DNA of 63,455 nt, filler included, from Octopus bimaculoides (GCF_001194135.2; 7 parts of 7 records of this genome joined end to end with filler, not necessarily neighbours in it), one strand, 5' to 3'; numbered from the whole stretch's first letter, positions 1-12,345 are shown. Program-made: numbers and translations. Notes: a model not told the origin generated them from the sequence alone.

Positions 1-58
<58 letters not shown>
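1..58. repeat. (AT)n microsatellite; one of dozens of (AT)n, (CA)n, (ATGT)n, (ATCT)n and (AAT)n tracts across the window
   Basis: Directly visible. Most N gaps are flanked by such tracts. Confidence 0.98.
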
Positions 59-59
<1 letters not shown>

Positions 60-329
60 AACACATATATTTATATATTGTATATTCAGCCATTCATGCT
101 TGTGTTCCTGTGTTTTTATACATATCTATGTCACCGGTGGTATTGAGTTTGTAGGAATGAATGTCTAATTCTCTTTGTTATACGGTTTTTAGTCGTGAAG
201 CCAAATGCACTCACACACATCAACGTTATTCCAATGTTTCAGTTTATTGAAATATATCAGTTTCTGGCTGGATTTTATTATTTCTTCAGTGGAAACAGCT
301 TTCATTCTTTTACTTGTATTCAAGACTCT

Positions 330-1250
330 AAAATCTAGAAAATGTTGACATCTTTTCTCTGATTCCGCTTTATGACAGGAAATTTTTTTTCCATTTACAT
401 CTCATAACGTTTTTGCAGACGTTTATTGTCCATGTTTAGGAAGCAGCCTTGTTTATATCCTGCTGCGTTGATCAGAATTGAAAATAACATAGAGCATATC
501 GATGCCATAGGTGAATTCAAATATAGACACCAGGGATCCATAAATGTCTACCATTAATTTATTTAACTAACCACTTCCATATCATATACGCAACTAATTT
601 CCGAAGAATTAGACATTTTCATTTTCTAGATATCAATGCTAGGTCAATCTCGCTCGAGTTTATTTTTGTTTTGTAAATTTCAGTTTCCGGCGTATTCTCG
701 AAATGCGTAATTCTCCATCCACTTGTGCATATATTTCATATTCTTTGTCTGCAATATGTTTCATGTTGCTTCGACAAGCACTAGCCAGTTGATGTGTTTC
801 CACGTCTCGCATATATTGGATCTTTAGTATTCCAAGCTAAAAATATATACGTATCTCGTATATATACGTATAAAGAGATTTAAGTGTTGAGAAAGGATAA
901 CCTTCATAAAAAAACGTGGAACTTATTAGAAATAAGGAACCGTCATACAAACAATATAATAATTATACACTTAATCTGCAATATAGTCTACAGCAATTAT
1001 TTAGATATTCCATTAGATTTTATAATACGAAAATAATTCGAAGTTTTTCCTGTTAAGCTCCATTAGTTTTGTGCTTTTCCCAACTGATTATATTGAATAT
1101 TGGTTTTTGCAAAGTGATATTTGTCTTTGTGATTATGTCTTCATTTAAAACAAGATATAGACAAAATGTTCGCTTCGAGTGAGTAATTTCCGAATGTCTT
1201 CCTCCAAAAATCCAAACGAAGGCCGCGGACGACACACAAAGCATCTCTTT
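330..1250 (-). mobile_element. Highly decayed mariner-like transposase remnant
   Basis: Minus strand reads MELNRKNFELFSYY (cf. mariner N-terminus MELNREHFRA..FY), later 'ICETW' (cf. GDETW) and 'KRLQK' near the end. Many stops, no clear TIRs. Confidence 0.3.
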
Positions 1251-1384
1251 TACCAACTTCAATTTATGTTTTATTGGTAGGCTTATTATCTCTCTAAAAA
1301 AAACTGTGTTAGCAATTGAAAAAGGAACTTAAGTATTAGTCTTAGAAACTTGTATGTATGTATATATATATATATATATAAACA

Positions 1385-1497
1385 AAATTAAGGGATCAGC
1401 AACAGGTTGCTTCACCACATACCAAATTATTGATTATTAATTTATTAATAAATTGATAATCCTTTACCCTTTCAATTGTAATAATTAATATATATAT
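1385..1497 (+). mobile_element. Internally deleted copy of the element at 61871-62195, embedded in (TA)n
   Basis: AATTAAGGGATCAGCAA..TTGCTTCACCACATACC is fused directly to ..TAATAAATTGATAATCCTTTACCCTT..TTGTAATAATT; both halves match the two ends of 61871-62195. Confidence 0.75.
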
Positions 1498-1949
1498 ANN
1501 NNNNNNNNNNNNNNNNCTTTAGTACAAATATTTAACAATAAGGACTCAATGATAATTAAAAGAAAACCTAATAAATATAGAGACAAATTTTTATATTTAA
1601 TTTTGTCATCCCTATAGTGTTTCGGTCCAGTAAGTATAAAATCATACACAGTCATAAAAATAAAGTTTACATGTTTAATCTCTAATGTACATTCAACACT
1701 GGGAGCAACTCCATAAAATGGAATATTCGCTTCAGCTCTGAATGAAAACAGGACGCAAGAATTTATGCCTCAAGTTGGCTACTTTAGAAAATGCTAATTG
1801 AAAATTCCTTTAGGAAATGTGCCGGAAAATTTTAACAAAGCAATTGAGAATATTTAAACCCGTAGTTTGATGTATTTGAGGTTTGTTTTTAGTAATATTC
1901 TTTACTTTCGTTCCTTAAAGATATCCGAAAAAATTCAAACGGGTTGGCA

Positions 1950-2520
1950 CACTATAATTTTTGTACAGATACCTTTTCAAATTATTCCGAAGTTTCGAAA
2001 TACAGTTACAAAAAACAGCGTTATCCATAAATTTCGAACTGAAGTCCTAAAACAATTTGATGACTGTTTGGTAATCCAATTTCGCAAGACCATTGACTTA
2101 TTTGATAGCGTTGTGAAAAGGTCCAACTTCCTCTCAGAAATAAAGAACAATTGATCAGGTCAATATCAAAATTACAATATCATACTACGAAGTTGCTATT
2201 GACCTCAGATTAGTAAATGAGTACGATCAGTTCCGAGATTATTAGCTTCTTAATATTCCCATAAAACAGAAGAAAATCCTCCATCCAAAGTGCAATGCAC
2301 AGAAACTGTTACGTTTATGTGTAGCAACACCTAACTGATGTGTACCCCAATATTGTTAGTGCGCTTAAGCTATACTGGCAATGCTTATTACGATCTGTGA
2401 AGAACAAAATAACTTATCAAGGCTAAATTTTTCTACAAAAACTGAAGTGTACATAAATTATTTATACATTATGTCACCACAAAAGAAAGAAAGAAAGAAA
2501 GAAACATTGAAGGAAAATTC
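1950..2520 (+). mobile_element. hAT-superfamily transposase remnant (C-terminal dimerisation domain)
   Basis: Across a frameshift it reads DVYPNIVSALKLY / LAMLITICEEQNNLSRL..INYLYIMSPQK, matching the hAT consensus FPNV.IALRI.LT.PVT.AS.ERSFSKLKLIKNYLRSTMSQER. The upstream frame (ORF 1867-2154) is compatible. Confidence 0.6.
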
Positions 2521-3249
2521 TCATAAGCAAAAACTGTGCGTGAGTATATCGCTAGGAAAACCAGATAAAGAAAATTTTGTAAAATGTTGTTCATGCAATA
2601 TACATTCTCATAATTGCTTTATAATGAAAAATAGTAATGAATCTAGACTGCACTGCTTATTATTTCATCAGTATATCACACATCGAAATATATATATATA
2701 TATATATATATGAACAATACCTAATTTTCATCCAACCAATATCTCGAAATCTACTTGGTTTGGGAAATTATTTAGAATATTCTGGTTAACTTTTATTTTC
2801 AAATGTGTAGTACACTTTCATACAAGGCACCACATTAAAGTAGATAAGGTTCTGCAGCTCCTTGCTGGTTTGAATAGGTGTTCTACCTCAAAACTATTTT
2901 CACGGATATCACCTGATTATCCAACACATTTTTACTCTTTAGGCCTCAAGGTCCTAAAATTATTTTTAATATCTTTCAGATATATTGAGATGCCACGCTA
3001 ATGTCGCGACTTGTGAATGAGCTTCGGGCACCCAAAAACGTTGTACCATCACTGTATTTAGAGCTATAATGAATTTTAAGTGAGAATTTTGAATTAAAAA
3101 AGAATATTTATACTCGCCTTTCGAAACCTTATAAATATAGATCATAGAATATAATTCCATTTCGTAATGTAATGTGTCGAATTTGGTTAATAGAATATTT
3201 AATAACCGCAATAACAGGGATAACAGCCAAGGTGAATATAATCACGAGT

Positions 3250-3309
3250 CTAGCGACGACGACAATGTTGTTGTTGCTGATGATGATGATGATGATGATG
3301 ATGACGACG

Positions 3310-3343
<34 letters not shown>

Positions 3344-3630
3344 GGATGATGATGAGGAGGAAGATGATGATGGGGATGAGCAGGAAAAAGTTGTGGCGAA
3401 CATTCAATAATAAAAATAAAAATGAAATTGATAAAATATTGACAACGTGAGGATACTGATGGTTATCGTAGTGAAAACGTTGATATTGGTAACGATATTA
3501 GTGACGGTGACCAAAGTAGTGATGATAACAATAATCGAAGTAATAATAATGATGATGATGATGATGATGAGGATGATGATGATGAGGATGATGATGATGA
3601 GGATGATGAGGATGATGATGGTGAAGTAGA
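3250..3630. repeat. Compound trinucleotide/hexanucleotide repeat (GAT, GAC, GACCAC, GAGGAT)
   Basis: Directly visible; it explains the poly-D, poly-M and poly-H ORFs. Confidence 0.95.
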
Positions 3631-3747
3631 AGACGAAGTTGTAAGTATACATACATGCAGCATACATATATATCTATATGTATATCTTTTATTTCTTTTA
3701 TTTCTTTTACATATTTCAGTCCAACGCTGTGACCATGCTGGAGCACA

Positions 3748-3803
<56 letters not shown>

Positions 3804-4995
3804 ATTTGTGTGTGTGTATGTATGTTTGTATGTTTGTATGTATATGAATATATGTTTGTATATATAAACTTAGATCAATACTAGCAAGCATATATGCATA
3901 CAAGCATGCATGCGCTTGTGTAGGAATATGAGGGGAGAGAGACAGACAGACCGAGAAAATCTATGAAAACGTAAACCGAACAATGCTAGGAAAGTTAGCT
4001 TGCTTACAATGCTTTTTAAGTGTAAGATTAAGATACCCAAACGCATGATGGTGCAAACTATGAGATAGATGAGCATAAGGCTAAGGATCGTGATATTATT
4101 TTTGATGGAAATATCTTCTGCCCCGTTGCCAATGTTTATTTTTCATGAATTATTTTTCATTTTATTTTTAGAATTCATTTCTACTCCTGTCACTGCTTAA
4201 ATGGTTATTTGTTTTTGATTCACATTCTATTTTTTTTCTTGCGTTGCTGTCACGTCAACCTTCTTGGACGATCTTAGTTGTTGTCTCCATCATCATTATT
4301 TATGACATTGTGACTCGTCCTTTCAGCTGATGCCATTTTGTAGCCGAAATTATCTTTCTACATGATTTCTCCTTCTCACTCTCATCTACTATATCTATTT
4401 ATCTTTAATTCCTTCTCACAACCTTTTCCCATCGCCTTCTTTTTATAACCGCATAACTATTGTGTTTATTAACGGAAACATTTACATAAGAGGGTCGGCA
4501 TAAAATAGGTGCACCTATATATTAATATATATATATATATANNNNNNNNNNNNNNNNNNNNNNNNNNNNNNNNNNNNNNNNNNNNNNNNNNNNNNNNNNN
4601 NNNNNNNNNNNNNNNNNNNNNNNNNNNNNNNNNNNNNNNNNNNNNNNNNNNNNNNNNNNNNNNNNNNNNNNNNNNNNNNNNNNNNNNNNNNNNNNNNNNN
4701 NNNNNNNNNNNNNNNTATATATATGCATACATACATACATACATACATACATACATAAATACATACATACAAAGAATATGAGTGGTTTAGTGCACTGGTG
4801 ATCTAAACGAATAGGTACGCTGAGTAAGTGATATAATTGGATACCTTATGTTCCAAGTTCACAGCTGACGCTGGAAGTAGATCCGTATTAGACTTCCGAG
4901 TTAGCAAGTATATATTATTTTAGAGAAAAAGGACAATGAAAATCAAGGCAGGACAAGTATCTCAAGCCATGTCGAATATTTAAGGTGAATTTGAA

Positions 4996-5059
4996 GTCTT
5001 ACAGCTGTTTCCGGGATATCCTAGCATGTTCGTACACTAGGTATTCCATCGTCAGAGGC
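4996..5059 (-). ncRNA. Minimal type I hammerhead ribozyme motif (Penelope-like element type), catalytic core intact
   Basis: Minus strand: GGCCT-CUGACGA-[UGGAAUACCUAG..CUAGGAUAUCCCG stem II]-GAA-ACAGCUGU (palindromic stem III)-A|AGAC. Stem I pairs 4 of 5. Predicted cleavage is after GUA, between 5000 and 4999. Confidence 0.7.
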
Positions 5060-5599
5060 CAGCTGAGTATGTGTGAAGATCAAGATAAGGAAATTCACAG
5101 TTTATAAGTAATGAAATAGTAGACAGAAGAATAAAGAGTAAAACAGTAGATAGAAGAATACAGAGAGGAGAGTAAAGTTCTCAGCTCAACTTATTCCAAC
5201 GGGTATGGAGATTGGTCGGTACTTATATATATATATAAATTATAAATTTTATTGCAATAGAATAGTACTATTTTCCAGTTTGTATATTTATATATATACT
5301 GCACTTTGCACTCAATAATACTTAAGCAACCATCAGTTAGAGAGAATCGTGCCTACCATTGGCTCTTCATTGTATCAATGATACTAGGTTAGCTTTGGAT
5401 TATTTTGGTCCTCTCTGCTGTACAGTTTTTTTATTTTTTTTATTTTTGGCACCTTACATTCAATGCCTATGGCAATCCATGTGTAGCAATTATATTCCAT
5501 TATATTCTTTTACTAATTCCTGAGGATTTCTCATTTCTCTCACGCTTAGTGTTTTCTTTCTGAACACGTTTGTTACATCCGTGGTTTTCCGCTACATTT

Positions 5600-6050
5600 C
5601 ATACATCAGTTATTCAGTGCTTCCTAAGCATAATCCTACTCAGGTATGACTGTATCTACCAACAAGCCCATTACATGGAACACTACAGCAAACACGACAC
5701 ACTGCTTCTTTAACGTATCGAACGATTCCTTGATGCTTTTAAAGTCAAGCTATTTCTTTAATGTTGCCGCTTCGTCTTGCTTTCCCTGGCAAAAGACAAT
5801 TCATAAATCACGACCTCTTGTTGAGTCATTTTGCAAGATAAGGCCAGGAGTCTCTTTGTTATTGCAATATATTTCTGAAAACAAAGTTTTCTTTACATAT
5901 CCGTACAGCGTCAAGCTAATGGAATATATAGGATTGTGGATATCAGCCTTCCATTGTCTTCTTTTCTCACCTTTCTTGAGGAAAAGCAAATACAACTTGA
6001 TGCTGATTTCCATTAAATTGTTATTGCTTGACTAATGTTTTAGTGCAACT
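5600..6050 (-). mobile_element. Decayed non-LTR retrotransposon RT fragment (RTE/L2-like)
   Basis: LFLKKGEK..NPIYSISLT..GY..QNDSTRGR..LDFKSIKESFDT follows the order of RT motifs KKG / NYRPISL / QxGFRxGR / DFxKAFD, with stops and frameshifts. Confidence 0.45.
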
Positions 6051-7186
6051 ATAAATTTGTACAAGATTTGTCCACGCTACCACGCATAGTCAGTATTGGT
6101 TTACTTGTATGCTACTATCACGAGTACTAACGACGCATAAATCCTCACGCCAGTCTTATATTGGTTGTAGAAGGAAACGTATCACACATTTTATTGATAT
6201 ATAATCACCCATATAAATAGAGTAGGATTATGATGCAAAGCAGACACAAACTAATAATGCATAATGCCAGACGACAAGTGAATCACATGACTGGAAACGC
6301 TTAGAAATATGAAGAAGTGAAACCACAGCGGAAACATTCGACAATGAAAATAGACCAATGGAAGAAACAAAAGACAATCTAACCCTTTATGTTCCTCCCT
6401 TCGTTTAAGAAGAAATAAAGTAAGTAATAAGAGAAGCTGGAGAAAATAAAGGTGTGCCGTACTGAAATTAGTACGACTGCTTACATGGCAGGCCAAGTGT
6501 AAAATAGAAGTAGACAAGTGAGATAGAAGAACGTGAGTTGGAGACAGTGATAAAGGACAGGAGAGAGAGCGAGAAAAAGAGAATGTAAATGAGAGGGGAA
6601 AGGATGTAGGCATGAAAGCGTGGAAGGGAGAGATGGGATGTGAGATGAATAGAATCAATACAGAACAACAGAGTTTGAGAAGTTGCAAGGATTGATGCTG
6701 AGACGCTCCGCAGAATTGAGTTTCCATAGTTCGGATTTTGTATGCAGCCACCGACAATACTCAGAAACTGGGATTTGTCCTGCGACTTGTATGATTCGGG
6801 TGTGTCAGCTCAGACTGTTTAACTGTGTTGCTCGATTTTCCGAGTTACATCCCGTGTATAGTATTCCCTTTCTGAAGATCCTGCTGGGATGACGATCATA
6901 GTCGGTCCGGCAGATTCTACATAGTCACGGCGAATAACGAAGTATCTTGCAGAAACGACGTGTCACTGGGATACCATTCGGAGGGTTTCTTGGGACAATC
7001 TGAGAAAACGTTGAGAAAGTGTATATGTAGTGAGCACTGCAACTGCTCATGACCCCATACCTAACTTGACCTGTAGCAGTCATGCTTGCAATATTTCAAT
7101 ATATTTGATATTATAACTTGTATCTTTAAGTTCTATATTCGAAACACCACACGTATGCTAAATTAGACACACATATATACTCAATA

Positions 7187-7572
7187 TTGTTGGCACTCCG
7201 TCCCTTACGACGTCGAGGGTTCCAGTTGATCCGATCAACGAAACAGCCTGCTCGTGAAATTAACGTGCAAGTGGCTGAGCACTCCACAGACACGTGTACC
7301 CTTAACGTAGTTCTTGGGGATATTCAGCGTGACACAGATTGTGACAAGGCTGGCCCCTTTGAAATACAGGTACAACAGAAACAGGAAGAAAGAGTGAGAG
7401 AAAGTTGTGGTGGAAGAGTGCAGCAGGGTTCGCCACCATCCCCTGCCGGAGCCTCGTGGAGCTTGTAGGTGTTTTCGCTCAATAAACACTCACAACGCCC
7501 GGTCTGGGAATCGAAACCGCGATCCTATGAACACGAGTCCGCTGCCCTAACCACTGGGCCATTGCGCCTCCA
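7187..7572 (-). mobile_element. tRNA-derived SINE family D, full length
   Basis: Minus strand starts TGGAGGCGCAATGGCCCAGTGG (A box) ... GGTTTCGATTCC (B box). The first ~195 bp are shared with 54598-54791. Confidence 0.85.
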
Positions 7573-7761
7573 TACTAAATATTATATACCTACTAAGAAG
7601 TGTACAGAATTAGATTATACCACTAAAAAATATGTAAAAAGAGTAATATAATAGAAAAGTGTAATACAACACATGGAGGTGTAGTCATAATGGCGTTTGA
7701 CTTTAAATAAACGTAGGATTCAAGTATTATAAAATGAATAGTTAAACCAACAAATAATAAA

Positions 7762-7980
7762 TATTGATATTAGATTTTGGCACAAGATCAGCAATTTCGT
7801 GGAAGGGGATTAAGTCGATTACATGGGCCCTACCGTTCAACTGGTTCTTATTTTATTGACCCCGAAGCGATGTAAAGCAAAGTCGACGTCGGTGGAATCT
7901 AAGCTCAAACATAAAAACGGATGAAATGCCGCTAAGAATTTTGAGCAGCGTGTTAAAGTTTCAACCAGCTCACCGCCTTG
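7762..7980 (-). mobile_element. tRNA-derived SINE family A
   Basis: Matches the family pattern AAGGCGG(T/C)GAGCTGGCAGAA..GTTCTGAGTTCAAATTCC..GACTTTGCCTTTCATCC..GGGGTCGATAAA seen in more than 15 copies in this window. Confidence 0.8.
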
Positions 7981-8456
7981 GAACAATACATAATTATTTT
8001 TTAAAATGAGGTAAATTATTTAAAAACATAAATGGAGTAATTGTATGTAAACAAGAAATTAAATCAAAAGAAGATCACCGAAGTTTAGATCCTACAGAAA
8101 ACTAAAGGGTAGTGTAATATTGAAGACAAATGAAGAGTATATTTAATTCAAAGCTTATGCAGTTATATGTGTATACGTGTGTGTGCGTGTTTTTGTCCAC
8201 CATATTTGTGTCTATGTATGTGTGCATGTACGTATCTATTTTTGTATGTATCTCGTGTGAGTCATGAGACTGCAGATCCGCTGCAGCACCAGCTTGAGGG
8301 ATTTAGCAGAAAAAACGCCTCTAGTACTGCTGTTTCTTTCAACTCTAATATACATAACTAATTCACTTGCTTGTTGTTACTACACCTGTCTCCGTCTTTG
8401 TTTTTAGGAAATTTGAACTGTGTGTGTATGCATGTATGCATATATATATTTCTTTA

Positions 8457-8570
8457 ATTCTTTTATTCTTTCAGTCATTTGAGTGCGGCCTTGCTGGAGC
8501 ACTGCCTTTAGTCAAACAAACCAACTCCAGGACTTTTTCTTGTAAGCCTACGACTTATTATGTCGGGTTC
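8457..8570 (-). mobile_element. SINE family B, 3' part
   Basis: TTTCAGTCATTTGAGTGCGGCC..GCTGGAGCAC tail motif; other tail scraps at about 3715, 17475 and 55150. Confidence 0.7.
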
Positions 8571-8914
8571 TTGTGCTGAACCCCCAAGTTACGGTGANNN
8601 NNNNNNNNNNNNNNNNNNNNNNNNNNNNNNNNNNNNNNNNNNNNNNNNNNNNNNNNNNNNNNNNNNNNNNNNNNNNNNNNNNNNNNNNNNNNNNNNNNNN
8701 NNNNNNNNNNNNNNNNNNNNNNNNNNNNNNNNNNNNNNNNNNNNNNNNNNNNNNNNNNNNNNNNNNNNNNNNNNNNNNNNNNNNNNNNNNNNNNNNNNNN
8801 NNNNNNNNNNNNNNNNNNNNNNNNNNNNNNNNNNNNNNNNNNNNNNNNNNNNNNNNNNNNNNNNNNNNNNNNNNNNNNNNNNNNNNNNNNTATATATATA
8901 TATATGGGGGGGTG

Positions 8915-8945
<31 letters not shown>

Positions 8946-9182
8946 CTAGATAGTATTATGAAAATCATTATTAAGGGTATCTCAGAGATACGGCCAAGCT
9001 TGAAATAGCAGCCAGAACTTGACTCTATAAGCACATTAAATGTTCATACTACACCAGGTGTGAAGACAAAGTGACAAACTAAACTAGCAAAAAATTACTG
9101 GATAATTCCAGATCCTCTATGTCTAGCTCTGCATAAGAAATACTCTGCCTTCATGAGTGGAATATACATAGATAGCACATAA

Positions 9183-9217
<35 letters not shown>

Positions 9218-9508
9218 CAACATACGATTAATTACATATAAGAACGTATACATATGTATATATTCACGAATGCACACGACCAGTTTTAAGTGCTCGCCTG
9301 AAACTCCTCGTGCAATATGGTCAAAATACCACCGCAGTGAATATAATGACGAAAATAAATGTATCCTTATTTATATAAATTGTACATGGGCGACCGCTGT
9401 ATTATTTCTCGTCTCGAGGTTTACAGCCAAACGGTTCGGTGGATTCGCGTGAAAAATGGCACACATGTGGAGACAGGTGCATAGATTGGATTAAGAGGGG
9501 TGCAAATT

Positions 9509-11288
9509 ACTTCCTGGAAAGTTTCCATCAGGAGAATTACATCCTGCAAAGTTCCGAATATGGTGAGGAAATACTTGCAGGAAAGTTCCAAGGAAAGGGA
9601 GTTCCTGGAAAATTCCTAGGGCTTCAAAGGAAGTTCCGAGGGTGAACTATTTCCTGGAAAGTTCCGAGGATGGGATATACGGGAAATTTCCGAGCTCTTC
9701 TTGGAAAGTTCCGAGGATTAACGACCCCCTGCAAAGTTCCGAGGGTGAACTGCTTCCTGAAAAGTACTTCCTAGGAAATTCCGAGGATTTCGTGGAAAGT
9801 TCAGGGGATTTCACGGAAAGTTGCGATATTTTCATGGAAAGTTCAGAGGATGGAATAAGTACCTCCTGTGAAATTCTGAGGATCTCATGGAAAGTTCCGA
9901 GGATGGAATAAGTAATTTCTGGGAATTTCCGAGGATTTTATGGAAAGTTCCAAGGATGAATTACTTCATGAACATTTCCAAGGATAGGACTTCATGGAGG
10001 GTTCCGAGGAATTCATGGAAAGTTTCGAGGATGTGACGGTACTTCCTCGAACATTTCGAGGATTTGACAGTACTTCCTGGAAAATTCCGAGGGCTTCCTT
10101 GATAGTTCCTTGGGTCTTCTGGTAAGTTTCGAGGATTTCACAGAATGTTCCGAGAATGAGCTACTACATAGAAAGTCCAGAGATTTCANNNNNNNNNNNN
10201 NNNNNNNNNNNNNNNNNNNNNNNNNNNNNNNNNNNNNNNNNNNNNNNNNNNNNNNNNNNNNNNNNNNNNNNNNNNNNNNNNNNNNNNNNNNNNNNNNNNN
10301 NNGGCAGTTCCAAGGATCAATTACTTACTAGAAACTTCCAAGGACTTCCTAAAAAGTTCCTAGGGTTTCCCAGAGAGTTCCGACTGTTTCCCGGAAAGTT
10401 CCGAGGATGAATTACTTCCTGGAAAGTTCAGAGATGGAGCGCCCTGGAAAATTCCAAGGATGGACTACTTCCTGGAAATTTCCAAAACTGTGACTTTCTG
10501 GAAATTTCCAAGGAATTCATGGAAAGATCTGAGGATAATCTACTTCCCGGAAACTCCGGATGGTAGACTTACTGGAAGGTTTCGCGGGTTTTCTGGAAAG
10601 TTCCGAGAATGATAGTTCCAAATATGTGACTTCCTGCAAATTTCCGAGGGTTTCATGGAAAGTTCCAAGGATGAATTACTTCATGAACATTTCCAAGGAT
10701 AGGACTTCATGGAGGGTTCCGAGGAATTCATGGAAAGTTTCGAGGATGTGACGGTACTTCCTCGAACATTTCGAGGATTTGACAGTACTTCCTGGAAAAT
10801 TCCGAGGGCTTCCTTGATAGTTCCTTGGGTCTTCTGGTAAGTTTCGAGGATTTCACAGAATGTTCCGAGAATGAGCTACTACATAGAAAGTCCAGAGATT
10901 TCATTTCTATGACAGTTCCGAGGTTTTCTGGAAGTTCTGAGGAAGAGCTACTTCCTGGGAATACTTCCTAGAAATTTCCGAAGATGAACTACTTCATGGA
11001 AAGTTCTGAGGATGGGACTTCCTCGAAAGTTACGAGGATGATATTCCTGGAAAATTCCGAGGTATTCCCAGAAAGTTCCGCGGATGAACTACTTCCTGGA
11101 ATATTCCGAGTATGGGATTTCCAGGAAATTTCGGAGCCCATCGTGGAAAGTTCGGATGATTAACTAATTCCTGGAAAGTTCAGAATATGGGACTTTCTGG
11201 AAAGTTCCGAGGATTAACTATTTCCCGGACAGTTCCAGGAATAGGATTTCCTGCAAAGTTCCGAGATCTTCCTGGAACGTTCCGAACA
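9509..11288. repeat. Degenerate satellite built on CTTCCTGGAAAGTTCCGAGGATGAATTA-like units of variable length
   Basis: Dozens of GGAAA(G/A/T)TTCC(G/A)AGGAT units and 11 exact TTCCTGGAA. Contains a 248-bp exact duplication (9941-10188 = 10656-10903). Confidence 0.9.
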
Positions 11289-11953
11289 GCTGTTGATGGT
11301 GGTATGTTGGATTGTTGGTATGGCTGTCATTGTATGTGAGGAATAGTTTTATAACACATCTATTTGATNNNNNNNNNNATATATATATATATATATATCG
11401 ACAGGGCACCAGCATATTCCGCCGGCACACCTAATTCCAGTTGTTCCTGATACTGCATATCATCCACTAACCCGCAGTATCCATTAACAAGGAAAATGAA
11501 GCAGCATATTGCTGTCACCAGAGGTACACCTCTCTGGTAAATTTCAAGCCACTGGCCCCAGACAACATAGATATACCTCTTTAGTACCAGCCACCTTTAG
11601 CGCCACCTGTATCAAGGTCACTGTCACAATTTAACCCTCGTGATCATTACTGCAACTCACCAATCCCCAACATTTCTCCATGTCTCTCTACCTGCATGCT
11701 CTTACTACTTGTACACCCTTTGTGCATGACCACATGAGTATATGGGCGCGCGCACATGTGCATGACTGCGTATATGCATCTGCTCATCATATGAATGTGC
11801 ACAGGTATGTGTGCATGCGTAAGGGTGAGTGTCCATGTGTGTATGTCTGTTTATATGTGTGCGCGCGTGTGTGTGCGTGCAGGATTGTGTGAATGTACTT
11901 CTAAGCACACATGCACACTGATATAAGTACAGATGCATACACGCAGATATACG

Positions 11954-12000
<47 letters not shown>

Positions 12001-12019
12001 ATATATATTCATATATACT

Positions 12020-12345
12020 CCCACATCTACTGCCCATTCCTCTATACTTCCAACTACATAACCGATTTCTTGTCCTCCACGCGATCGATTTCCCGTTCAT
12101 CACGCGGTCGATTTCCGTTCACAACGCTCTCGCTTCCTGATCACCATGCGGTATTTTTCGACTAATTGTTGTTGCTAAAATACCAACATCAAACCGCTGT
12201 ACCGCGTGTCCTTTCTCGACCAATCGCAGATTAACGTTCAGTAGTAAGCATTGATTCTCTTCAATCGAATTCTCATTCAGACCCCAATGCCCGAAGAATA
12301 GCCACACGCTTGAAATTCTGAGTACCAAGGAATCTGATTCAAACT
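12020..12345. promoter_or_regulatory. CpG-rich unique island with an NF-Y-like CCAAT box; possible promoter
   Basis: GACCAATCGCAG at 12218-12229, many CpGs, and a TTAGT Inr-like motif about 60 bp away on the minus strand (~12162). No transcript evidence. Confidence 0.3.

Noticed and set aside
3129-3903. Overlapping poly-D, poly-M, poly-H, poly-I and poly-S ORFs (similar ones at 25.7-26.4, 32.7-33.0, 47.0-47.5 and 59.5-59.7 kb)
   Set aside because: They are translations of trinucleotide microsatellites that are open in several frames at once, with no domain content.
4863-4900. CTGACGC-TGGAAGT..ACTTCC-GAGTT, a hammerhead-like hairpin on the plus strand
   Set aside because: Stem II pairs, but A9 and GAAA are broken and no stem I partner is found.
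6680-7020. GC-richer stretch with ORFs 6683-6892 and 6251-6757
   Set aside because: All six frames checked and no recognisable motif found; probably a decayed TE, so left unassigned.
9509-11288. Repeat array as CRISPR, or as a repetitive protein (FLESSED units)
   Set aside because: Units are degenerate with no unique spacers and no cas genes in a eukaryotic context, and the reading frame shifts between units.
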